Assembly: GCA_002633005.1 (NCBI GenBank)
Contig: NMRA01000277.1
Span: 359,363-423,362, forward strand
Reading direction: 5' to 3'
Origin: Phoronis australis
Lineage: Eukaryota; Animalia; Phoronida
DNA length: 64,000 bases
A model generated the notes under the pieces. It made no database searches. It was not told where the DNA came from and worked only from the letters and a program-made list of their open reading frames with translations. A program made the translations under genes and the position numbers. Positions 1 to 10,300 of this stretch are shown here, in pieces. How positions within the stretch are numbered: position 1 is the first letter of the stretch; every line of letters begins with the position of its first letter.

Positions 1-691
1 AAAGATTGAAATACACAGATCCATAATGATCTGGCTCAAATTCCGACCCTCTCGGCTATGAACGAATTTTTAGGCGGATGAAGTTATCGCATATTATATT
101 ATTGACTTAATAACATTACAAAGGCCATCAACAAAATTTAATGGTAAGTTTGTTTCGTACTAACACCCCCCCCCCCACTCAACAGTTTAAATTCATTCAA
201 TCACCGTATCGGACACTGGTGGCGATTCACTGTTTGGGGTTTCGATTCCGGATTACTAAGTGCCGGCACATTTTGAGTTTACCGCGGTGTCGAACATTTT
301 CTACCAATTACTCAGTGTCCTTTGATTGAACAGTAGATAACAAAGCGTGTTATTTATTCACCCCCCTAAACTGCTATAGGTTAAAAAGCATTGTATCAAT
401 TTATGGACCAGTCATTGGTATATTCTTGAAAATCAATGGACATATCAAGTACAGGAAATTACTTTCAATTAACATCCTCGATAGATTCGTAAAATAGGAT
501 GTTTCTAAAAGCACCGCTGGGTCAGCAGTCTATACATTTACATCATTTTTCAATATTCGACAAAATTATTGTTGCAGGAGCCGAAACTTCAGGAAAAACA
601 TAGAAGGCCGCGTGCACTGGGAATGAAGTTTTTCGTCTGTTTGAGAATAATGCAGCTATGATAAAAGAGTTGATTGGGTTTGCATGGCTGA

Positions 692-762
692 GCACTGGTG
701 GTTCAGTGGTAGAATTCTCGCCTGCCACGCGGGAGGCCCGGGTTCGATTCCCGGCCAGTGCA
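692..762 (+). tRNA. tRNA-Gly (anticodon GCC)
   Basis: 71 nt GCACTGGTGGTTCAGTGGTAGAATTCTCGCCTGCCACGCGGGAGGCCCGGGTTCGATTCCCGGCCAGTGCA; typical metazoan Gly-GCC sequence, paired acceptor stem, A/B boxes, downstream T-runs (Pol III terminator). Confidence 0.97.
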
Positions 763-1818
763 CATTTTGCTTTTTTGCGTCACTAAGACACTGTCGTTAT
801 CAAGGGGATTTTGGTGGGGTGCAAAAATCACGAAGTGATAACCTTTGGTCAGACTAAAAAGTGATTGTGATTTTTATAACTAATCATTAATAGTCTCACC
901 ACTGTTTGCCAGAATTTAATTTTCTAAAATCAAGGCCGACCGGTGGTACTGGCAGGAAGAAATGACCTCTTCTTGCTAATAGTAATCGAATAGGATTGAG
1001 CTCCACCACCAAAGGGTTTGACTGCGATTGCTAGGCTTCCGGTTCGAGTCCGTGCTGGGCTGGGTGTATTTAAAAAAAATACTTTACTCGCCGATTGTGT
1101 CATGTTTAAATGACGCAAAAATTTTAAAAGATTGAAATACACAGATCCATAATGATCTGGCTCAAATTCCGACCCTCTCGGCTATGAACAAATTTTTAGG
1201 CGGATGAAGTTATCGCATATTATATTATAGACTTAAATAACATTACAAAGGCCATCAACAAAATTTAATGGTAAGTTTGTTTCGTAATAACAGCCACTGC
1301 CCCACTCAACAGTTTAAATTCATTCAATCACCGTATCGGACACTGGTGGCGATTCACTGTTTGGGGTTTCGATTCCTGATTACTAAGTGCCGGCACATTT
1401 TGAGTTTACCGCGGTGTCCAACATTTTCTACCAATTACTCAGTGTCTTTTGATTGAACAGTAGATAACAAAGCGTGTTATTTATTCACCCCCCTAAACTG
1501 CTATAGGTTAAAAAGCATTGTATCAATTTATGGACCAGTCATTGGTATATTCTTGAAAATCAATGGACATATCAAGTACAGGAAATTACTTTCAATTAAC
1601 ATCCTCGATAGATTCAGAAAATAGGATGTTTCTAAAAGCACCGCTGGGTCAGCAGTCTATGCATTTACATCATTTTTCAATATTCGACAAAATTATTGTT
1701 GCAGGAGCCGAAACTTCAGGAAAAACATAGAAGGCCGCGTGCACTGGAAATGAAGTTTTTCGTCTGTTTGAGAATAATACAGCTATGATAAAAGAGTTGA
1801 TTGGGTTTGCATGGCTGA

Positions 1819-1889
1819 GCACTGGTGGTTCAGTGGTAGAATTCTCGCCTGCCACGCGGGAGGCCCGGGTTCGATTCCCGACTAGTGCA
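1819..1889 (+). tRNA. tRNA-Gly (GCC) variant copy with two 3' substitutions (possibly impaired)
   Basis: Same as 692-762 except 3' end CCCGACTAGTGCA versus CCCGGCCAGTGCA, giving a C-A mismatch at the T-stem base and a G-U pair in the acceptor stem. Confidence 0.88.
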
Positions 1890-2158
1890 CATTTTGTGTT
1901 TGTTGCGCAAGACTGATATTGTAGTTATCACGAGGACAAACATTGAAGTTACATGTATTAGCATTGGAACTTTCTCGAATTCCAATCGTTTGGCACTGGT
2001 GATCAGTGTTCGGGTTCGGTGGACAGCGAGTGCCGGCGATACATGTCGTATCTGCAGCGTCGGTCATTTTTTATTCATTACTGACCATTGGTCGAATATT
2101 AAATTTCAAAGAGTGTTATTTTCATTTAAACGAAATTCCTATTTATTACAAAGACCTG

Positions 2159-2406
2159 GGGCCCGTTCCAGCAAAATTGACTTAGCTAAGAAAAATCTTA
2201 AATTTTAGTAAATTTTAAAATAAAAGATAAAGTTGTCCCAAAACCAATTCAAGAAAGAGATTTTAAGTTTGACTTAAGTGTTTGACACAAGTTTTGTCTT
2301 AATTTTGACTAACTTGCCGAATGTGGAAGTTTCAAAGTTTTGAATTTAAGACAAATCTTAAACTTAAGTCAAAAATGAACTTAAGTCAGTTTCTTGGAAC
2401 AGGCCC
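2159..2406. mobile_element. MITE, PIF/Harbinger-like
   Basis: Imperfect ~27 bp TIRs (gggcccgttccagcaaaattgacttag / cttaagtcagtttcttggaacaggccc), flanked by CTG and CAG (CWG-type 3 bp target); AT-rich interior with repeated gactta/taagtc motifs. Confidence 0.65.
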
Positions 2407-2752
2407 CAGTATCATTTTTTTAGTTTTGACAAACAGATCATCTTATCAAGAAACACTTTTGGTTAAAGGCGAAGGCAACCTTTTTCCATGTCTAAAATTA
2501 CAGCTTTTCGTAATTTTATTAATTACTCGTCCGCTACTGCCGAAGTGACGTTTTAGGAGGTAAGCGTTTCCCGCCACTTGGCTTTGCCTTTACTTTACCG
2601 TGCGAATCTGTTCTATTCTACTTTTGTTTTGTGCTGTTTTTCAACAATTGTCGCCACCACTTTCCATCGGCGAGTATTCTGCGGCAAGATATGTTAGTAG
2701 AGAACTCAACTATGTTGGATTTAGGGAATGTTTAGTGTGTTGTAAGCTGTAA

Positions 2753-3223
2753 ATGGCTGGAGTCGGTGACCCGTATCTCAGTGACAGTAGTGTGAGTGAC
2801 GGAGACCTTGTTCACAGCAGTGGTGACGAGGAATTTTTTCACGGAAATTCAGTGGTTGGGTACATGTTTGAGCCCGAGTGTAACGAGGCAGAGTACGCAA
2901 AGGCATAGGCAGCTGTTGAGAGAAACGAGGCGGCCACTGAGGACAGACGTGGTGACACATCTTGGTGCAAATGCACTGTGTGCGTTGTTATGCCTACCTC
3001 AATGGAATGCTTGTGCTGTTCAGAGTTCGACGAGGCCAAGCCACTACTGGACATGGTTACGTGGACCTCCGGCATACCACGGACACTGAGAGGAACAACT
3101 GTCCCGCACTCAGTTGCCAGAGTCTCCCGCGACACACTCCCACTAGATGGTGACCTGAGCACCCAAACTGCTTACATCGTGTCGTGTGACTCCCTCGCCA
3201 CACACCTGGCACCTTCTAAATAG
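2753..3223 (+). pseudogene. KolX-like Cys-rich protein (P2X7 ballast/nanor-like Zn-binding motif) with premature stop
   Basis: ATG 2753 reads MAGVGDPYLSDSS...GYMFEPECNEAEYAKA*AAVE...TSWCKCTVCVVMPTSMECLCCSEFDE; in-frame TAG at 2906-2908; YxFEP and WCxCxxC..MPT..ECLCC.E motifs. Confidence 0.75.
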
Positions 3224-3318
3224 ACAAGTCCACAATAAACTTATCAAAGTTTGGCTCACCGATCAGTTCACTGCACGACAAACTGTCCTCTCCACTGGGT
3301 GTCGAACTGGTCCTGTAA

Positions 3319-3858
3319 TCACGTACATGTACATGTACTCCCAATACTCAATATCGCTGCAGCGCTGCTTAGAGGCTCTGGGGTGGAGAAAACAGCACAG
3401 GGCGAATCACTACTGGTTCCAGGAATTGCACGCTCTGGGGTACGTTCGGAGGCACGGGTGGCAGTTGATGAAGTGCCTCCACTGGCTCCAGTCACTGTAC
3501 TGGCCACAGCTCGCAAAGCTTCTCGCCTCAAAAACGCACTTCTCGTTGGTGGCGACGGGGCACTGCCGGGAATCAAAACAGACGGAATGGCATCCTTCTT
3601 CAGGCGTTGTTTCGCAGGGACCTTCATCAGTTCAGCGTACAAATCCCTTTCGTAACCGGAGGGCAGAAAGTGCTTGCCACACACACGGTAATTCTCCACT
3701 GCTTTGTACGTTGCGTGGACGGGTAACGCTGCGTTCTTCACACGAACGAGCCAAGTACGGCGAAGTGTGTCATCCATCGGAAAGCGATGCAAAGGTACTC
3801 CCAAAGCGCGCGTGAGCCGATAACTAGTACATTTCGGTACGCAGCAACAGTGTGGCAT
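3319..3858 (-). CDS. THAP zinc-finger ORF (N-terminal part of Kolobok transposase, truncated), 179 aa
   Basis: MPHCCCVPKC...LHRFP...W...VCGKHF...LKKDAIPS is a complete C2CH THAP signature with AVPT-like box; lies inside the TTAA element. Confidence 0.8.
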   Translation of the reverse strand: MPHCCCVPKCTSYRLTRALGVPLHRFPMDDTLRRTWLVRVKNAALPVHATYKAVENYRVCGKHFLPSGYERDLYAELMKVPAKQRLKKDAIPSVLIPGSAPSPPTRSAFLRREALRAVASTVTGASGGTSSTATRASERTPERAIPGTSSDSPCAVFSTPEPLSSAAAILSIGSTCTCT

Positions 3859-4322
3859 GTTGACTGACTAGTAAATGAAAGCAAACGACGGCGGAACTTA
3901 ACACAACGGAGGTAGAACAATGACTGACTCGGCAGCTCTCACCGTCAGACTATGAAAAGAAATTGGCGCGAAATGCTTGCCTCCTAAAACGTCACTTCCG
4001 CAGTAGCAGACGAGTAATTAATAAAATTACGAAAAACTGTAATTAAGTGGAAAATATGTCTAGGATAACCAACCAACCTTATTTTAGCTCAAAATGACAT
4101 GGAAAAAGGTTGCCTTCGCCTTTAACTGTCTTCAAGTGATTGAAAACTAAGATCATTCTAAAAACCCGCCGGGTCATCAGTCTCTATAAATTTAAATGCA
4201 CATCGCAATTCAGTATTCGATAAAATTATCGTTGCAACAACGGAAACTTCAGGAGGCCACGAGTAGAATGAAATTGTTTGATGATAATGCAACTGTGATA
4301 AATAAGTGCATCACTGAATATC

Positions 4323-4423
4323 GCACTTGGGGTTATGTCGTAGATTCCCCGTCTCTTACGCGGTAAGCCAAGGTTCGTCTCCCACGCGCATGGCCAGGCC
4401 GGGTTCGACTCCTGCCTAGTGCA
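4323..4423 (+). pseudogene. Degenerate tRNA-Gly pseudogene (third, diverged array unit)
   Basis: gcacttgggg...gggttcgactcctgcctagtgca with an internal duplication; upstream 4140-4310 aligns by eye to the flank preceding the intact tRNAs (~490-670). Confidence 0.7.
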
Positions 4424-4805
4424 TCAGCATTCTTTTCCACGGAAGAAAATTACCACGTTTACCTTTACTCACTATAGGTTGCTGAATAATATTTAGCTTT
4501 CATTGTGTTTGATTCCATGCAAATTTTGATTTAAAAGTTCGTTTTTCGAGGAACGAAATCTCTGTTTATGTAAATATCATCTTTTTCAGTGAGGCGTGGA
4601 ATATGTTGCAAGTAGTTTATCCCGTTCAATCTCTGTTCTTCAAGAAAATAATCAATTCTAGGAGCATTCGACATGCAGAGCATGCAGACTATTGACGGGT
4701 ATCCCGGGGATTATGGGAGACGGAGCATTCGTATTAGGTGTGTTTTTGCTCATTTCAGAGGTATTGTACCTATAACAGTTTACGATGTAAACTTGAACTC
4801 CACTG

Positions 4806-5035
4806 CAGTGGCTGATCTACGTTTTCAGTAAGGGGGGCTAGGATTCGAGCGAATCCGAGGCGCGTAGCGCCGAGTGGAAGGAAGGGCGGGAGGAGTTTCC
4901 CTCTCCCGTGTAATTTTTTTTTGTGGTTTTTGTTGTTGATTTCGATTTTCTGGCGAAAATGTTTCAATTTTTATTTTTCATCCTGTCCCGAGGGGGGATT
5001 TGAACCCCCTGAGCCCCCCTGTAGATCCGCCTCTG
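4806..5035. mobile_element. MITE with CAG...CTG termini and 5 bp TSD (hAT5-like)
   Basis: cagtggctgatctac ... gtagatccgcctctg; CACTG on both sides (4801-4805, 5036-5040). Confidence 0.6.
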
Positions 5036-7308
5036 CACTGACGAAAAAGCTGAAATTTTTGTTTATGATTGTGCGAGTTCTTTGAGTACACCATCTCGAC
5101 ATGTACATGGTCATCACAAATAGTAGACTAGAGAGCAAAGTTTTCCACATGTGGGAATTCCTTACAAACAACTGATAGTGACCTTCTTCAAAAGAGATAC
5201 TATTCTTCCCATACTACGGGAAACAGTAACATTATTTTATAACTAACCATCGTAAATAGTCCTTTTGTGTAACTCACAAGTAGTGGTCTTCACGTTCTTC
5301 AAAATTCCGCCCTTTCGATGGCGGCAATCCTTAAGTATTGTTTCACATTTTGGATGTTTGTGTCGAATGGTTGTGCTGTGCACGAATGTTTTTTTTTTGG
5401 TGAATTTGAACTCTCAACAGTCCTCGTGAATACTTGACAGTGTCGGATTTACATATAGGGTCTGGCAAAGGACATTTTCTCCCGAACTGCTACAACGAGA
5501 GAGGGTGCCGTCTGAAATGGGACACCTTAAGATGAAAGGCTAAACATCAATAAGCTTGGAAAAAAGAGTGATAGTTTATTCCACCGTCGTGTGGTCCCAA
5601 AACAATGCAGCTAGTGACCTCCTTAAACATGAAGTCCGGTTGCACGATTTCACAAAAAAACAGAAAAATAGAGATAATCGATTCCAACATCGGTCCCTCT
5701 CTCCGAGATTGTCCCCTTAAGAATGTGTCTATAAAAACACAAAAAGGTGCCACCTGAATGTCATCAATGGGCCTCCTTCAAGGGCGGGGTCCGTAAATAT
5801 GAAAATATCTGTATTTTCAAATATCAGGATATATGTTACTGTATTTTTCAGGTCACCAATTTTCCTCAAGTGATACTATACAGTTTCGAGAAAAAAAATA
5901 AAGCGAAAGTTGCCTCCGTTATCCCGGCCTTGCTTAGAGGGCCGGCCTCTGGAGTATATTAGTTTTGCATTCACAAAAATGACATTGAAATTAAACATAC
6001 AGTAAATTAGTACGCCTCCGCAAAAGCTTCGCTTTACAAATTTTCTCATTTTTGCCAAATATATCTGTGCGTTTAGCCGACCTGTGCTGCGGAGACCCTA
6101 ATGACAATGTCCTGGCCAGGTCCTCCTAGAAAAGGCCAATGACCATGCACTGATGCAGACGCCGCGGGGAGTTGTTAAATGTTCTATTGATTTTTTTCTC
6201 TTATCCGTATTTCGCAGTCTTTCTCTTCTCGGCTGTCCCCGTCGCCACGCCTACAGTATGTCGGTTGCCACGGCTTGACCCTGACGCCTGAAAAAAATTT
6301 TGGGGGTGGCGTGCCCCGCCCCCCCCCCCACCCGCTTCCTACGGCGCTGCTGTCTGAGACAAGAAATCACACCCGCTAACTTGGTTAAGGAATAATTCGA
6401 GGCCGATTCCATGGTTGATATAGTTGGTCTAAATCACAAGTGTGTTTTTTAACGGAAGGTGCATCAATTATAACCGTTGTGATGCCCAGGCTTTGAAAGG
6501 ATTCCGTGGCATGTTCGCGGCTTGTCTTCATATGTTGTACAAGTTCCCTGGCGATACCTCTTAAATACAGAAAACTTGAATGTCGAGCGGCTATAAACAC
6601 GTCTGCCGTCAAACAAACCAATTTACTGAGATTGATGAAACTGGTCTTACAATGTAATTATCCGGCGTTCGTCAAAATAGATATGACTTTATGATGTGGA
6701 GTACGCAATGAGACTCATGGGTAGTTGAGCTTCAGTTGTTATGGCGCACGCTCAGGTTCCGACTCAGCTGTCACGGCGTGTCAGCTTAACTCGATGCGCT
6801 AGACATCGGTCAGTAATTACTACCAGATAAGACCAAAAACCCGTCTCATCTGAGTAAGTGGTGCAAGACCAATATCGATCAGGACCTAATAAAACTGGTG
6901 TCAGTGCCCTGTGTGTAGGGCACTGAGTTTGGCAGGTAGACCTAGTGGGTATTGTACCAGGCAGTGTGACTTGAATATAAATAACGTCAGTGTGAGTATA
7001 CTCAAATTCCACAGAATTTCACTTTTAAGTGATTCAAAAATCACTGAAATTCTGCATGTTTTTTTTTTCTCACGATTAAGTACATTTGAAGACGCTGGCC
7101 TCCTTTTGCAGAGCAACTTGGGACTTGCAAGCCATTGACCGGTTACTTCTGCCCTCTGTTGGATTTTTTTCCATAACAACAAACCAGCGCCATCTATCCT
7201 GTGCATTTTTATGTCAATCGATCACAGCTTCGTTCGTCAGGTTGGAAGTCAAAATTGATGCGAATGGTAAAGCGATAATGACAATCCATGAAACTTTAAA
7301 CGTACGAC

Positions 7309-10300
7309 ATGGAGTTTCCATTCAGTATTAACGTTCTGTTTCACCGTGAAGTCACCATACTGGACAATCGGTTGATGCTTTTTGCCCAAAAATGTCGACA
7401 CGGTCAAAGCAGGTACGTTGTCCCAGTTGACACTAATTGGGTCTGAAAACAGCAGCCGCATGCCTTTTGTGTCTATCATTAGTTGCTGTTGAAGGCCGTG
7501 GGTTTGAACTAGTTGCCTGTTGACCAGTTCCACCCACGTGTGCTCCAGTTTGGCTTCGTTGGTATTAGCAAGTGACCGTTCACTGCTCCAGGGCTGGGAA
7601 TGTAACCGACTGACTTTTCGGCAAATCATGCCTGACATAGATTAAAACACCAAAATAAAGTATAAAGTATAAGCATAAAGGACATCTTACGACTAGGTGG
7701 AAGTAAGTCTTCTGGAAAATGCCGGGTTACCAAACCAATAGTTGCGGGTCGGCAGTGGCCGCGAACCTCATTAGTCATCCTGAGCAATTGCAACCCAAAG
7801 GCGAAATTAGAGCTAGCTGTGGCACCGCGCCGCAACACAGTATGCACCCGGCATTCGCCAGATGATAGATGGCCCCAGATGGTAGTGAACAACACTGCTC
7901 GCGGTTAGGCACTATGACAGTGAGTGATTTTTACCCAACTCTCTCCACCGACTGGTATGGGGTCGTGGCAGGAGGTGGTGACATGTGCACGGAATTGAAT
8001 TTTGAGCAGGTTTCTGTGGCAGAGGAAATTGTTACCGTTTAAATGGTAAAAATGTTTTCCTTTGTGCAATTAATTTACCCTATATCATGCCATTGTTGCG
8101 TAATTCGATGAAATGTTTCGGACGTATGGCGGCCCTGTGGGATGGCCACCATCTCTACTGGGGCCAGTTGAGATGATTGCTGTCTGCTTATTGCCTAGTT
8201 GATGCACCATCGCTGCACTCTCACAGGCGAAGTATAGGCAATACATGACTACAGTTCTTTTTGTGTTGATCGTATGATATTCAGGAGTTGACTTTTGACA
8301 CCAAAAGTTTGTCTATGTGGGATGTGTCAAATGAGAGTTTTTGAACAGCTAGTTTAGGCTTCATGTGATTGCACAGAATATTATGACGGTCACCACCTTT
8401 CCATAACCTACTACTTTTATAAGAATAGACAGCAGACGTTAAAATTGGGCATTTCTGACCCACAAAGTTGAGTCTGTAATACGAAAAATGAAAGTTATGG
8501 AAAATTCAAAGGGGGTCCTGTAATTAGAGGGAATTGACCTTTCATAAGAAACCAAAGATATTAATTATCGCACTTATAACTTAAATTGTCTCTGGGTTGA
8601 ACAGCCAGGTGGCGATAAAAGTCACCATTTTCACACGTTCAAGTACCCACTGTGTCCTGAAAGTCTCTCATGAAATGTGGACAATCATTTTTCTTTTTCG
8701 AAGTTCTCAATGGTGACTCCTTGAAAGGCACCACATTACTAACCTGTATCTGACCTGCAACCAGGCAGAACAAGATTCATTATTAAGTCTGGTTTGTTTT
8801 CAGCTCTGAAGCATACAAACAGGTATGCACTGTGATTGACAAGTTGGGGGAGGGGTCTGCAAAGGCCCAGGGTCTCCCTGCCGTGATTACTACGGCCAGG
8901 AAGCTGGAGTTCTCGGATCACAGGCTGTACATTGTCAAAGATGCAGATTGCAATGAGTAAGTTAATAGTCATCTGATCACCAGTCTATTGGGTTTTCTCG
9001 AGCATTTGTCTTATAAGGATTTTTTCAAGTCAGAGAATTAGGAGAAGTGTTGAGTATAGGCAACAGGGGGCACTTCGTTTAGAAATAGAGCTCTGGTAAG
9101 GCGCGCAGGTTTATACAGTACAAGAGTCAAAAGTATTCAGACAAAATTACGTGGAATATCCCGTCATGATCATGATGACCTGGGTTAAGCTGAACTCATC
9201 ATCAGAGTAGTGTTCTCTCAAGACTGAGAATGAAGTAAAAGGTAATTAATGTAGAAAAGTTAGTAAGGCGGTTATAAGCCTTTCTTCAATTAGAATTTTA
9301 ACACCATAATTGTTTTAACCATTACTTTTTACTGTCATTAGCTATCATGATGAGGAAATGGTATTTTGTCTGATTACTAATTGTCTTAAACTGTACACGA
9401 AAACTATGACTATATTAGGAGAAACGTCTATTTGTGCATGCACGTGTGCGTGTGTCTGTCTGTCTGTCTGTGTTTCCGTGTGTGTATGGCCATTTAACAA
9501 AATTAACAGCATGTTATGCAGTTGCAAGGTGTCATTGACATTGTTGATCTCGTTGCGTTATTTCAGTGGCAAGGGTGCAGTCGTTGGAATTATTAAAGTG
9601 GGACCAAAACGGTTGTTTGTTTACGATCGTCAAGGCAACCAACATGAAGTGGATGCACACTGTGTCCTAGACTTCTATGTGCACGAGTCACGACAGAGGT
9701 TGGGTTATGGGAAGAAGCTGTTTGAGTCAATGTTACAGGTAGGTGTGGCTGCTGTGGGGGGGTGTGGCTACAGTGAGGGGGTGTGGCTTCAGTTATAGGA
9801 ATGTGGCTGAAATGAGGAAACTCTTAACAGCTTGGAGCCACACAATCACAAAAGGCCCTGCTGGAAAATATTACACACAGCTGTCATTCTCCAATATCAA
9901 GTTTCTGAGCCCAGTTTTCGATTACTAACCCATTCTCGTCGACTGATCTTCATTCAGAATCAGATGTCAGTTTCTAATATGTCTAACTAGGGCCTTAAGA
10001 GCAGAATTGTCCACATTTGGCTTCCTTTGGAACACCATGTACCAGAAAGGGGTGAACAGGTTACATGACACTTTCAGATACGAAACATGCTATGTGGACC
10101 GTTCTTAAAGCGCTGTTAGGAAAGCTGCTGTTGTGCTTTAAGTGACGAGGATTTTTACTATAAAATTGGAAAAATAGGCCCATGGGTGGATATTTGAAAT
10201 TAATGACCTTTCAAAAACGTCAAGTGAAACCGAATGTACGACTAAGCGCATGTTCCAGAAATCAGGGGGCGTATTTTGGGGAACTGTGTCAGTTATCTTT

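Larger units (their letters stand above)
1..1895 (+). repeat. Tandem repeat, ~1126-1127 bp unit, one tRNA-Gly gene per unit (array may continue left of the window)
   Basis: Position 1 (aaagattgaaatacacagat) recurs at 1127; tRNA starts at 692 and 1819; near-identical copies, also visible as duplicated ORFs 141/1268 and 543/1670. Confidence 0.95.
2467..4121. mobile_element. Kolobok-superfamily DNA transposon, internally deleted non-autonomous derivative
   Basis: TTAA on both sides (2463-2466, 4122-4125); TIRs AGGCGAAGGCAACCTTTTTCCATGTC / GACATGGAAAAAGGTTGCCTTCGCCT plus a longer subterminal inverted block; convergent KolX-like (+) and THAP (-) reading frames; no DDE core visible. Confidence 0.85.

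Noticed and set aside
141-1855. Duplicated short ORFs 141/1268 (+) and 543/1670 (-)
   Set aside because: By-products of the tandem repeat; the minus ORFs start antisense within the tRNA; no protein motifs.
3186-3815. 209 aa and 134 aa plus-strand ORFs
   Set aside because: Antisense shadows of the THAP ORF, no recognisable domain.
2467-4121. piggyBac assignment based on TTAA TSD
   Set aside because: Ends are AGG...CCT rather than CCY...RGG, and THAP plus KolX-like content fits Kolobok.
7249-7895. Minus-strand ORFs of 129 aa and 89 aa
   Set aside because: Antisense to ATAT1 exon 1/intron 1; no motifs or splice support.
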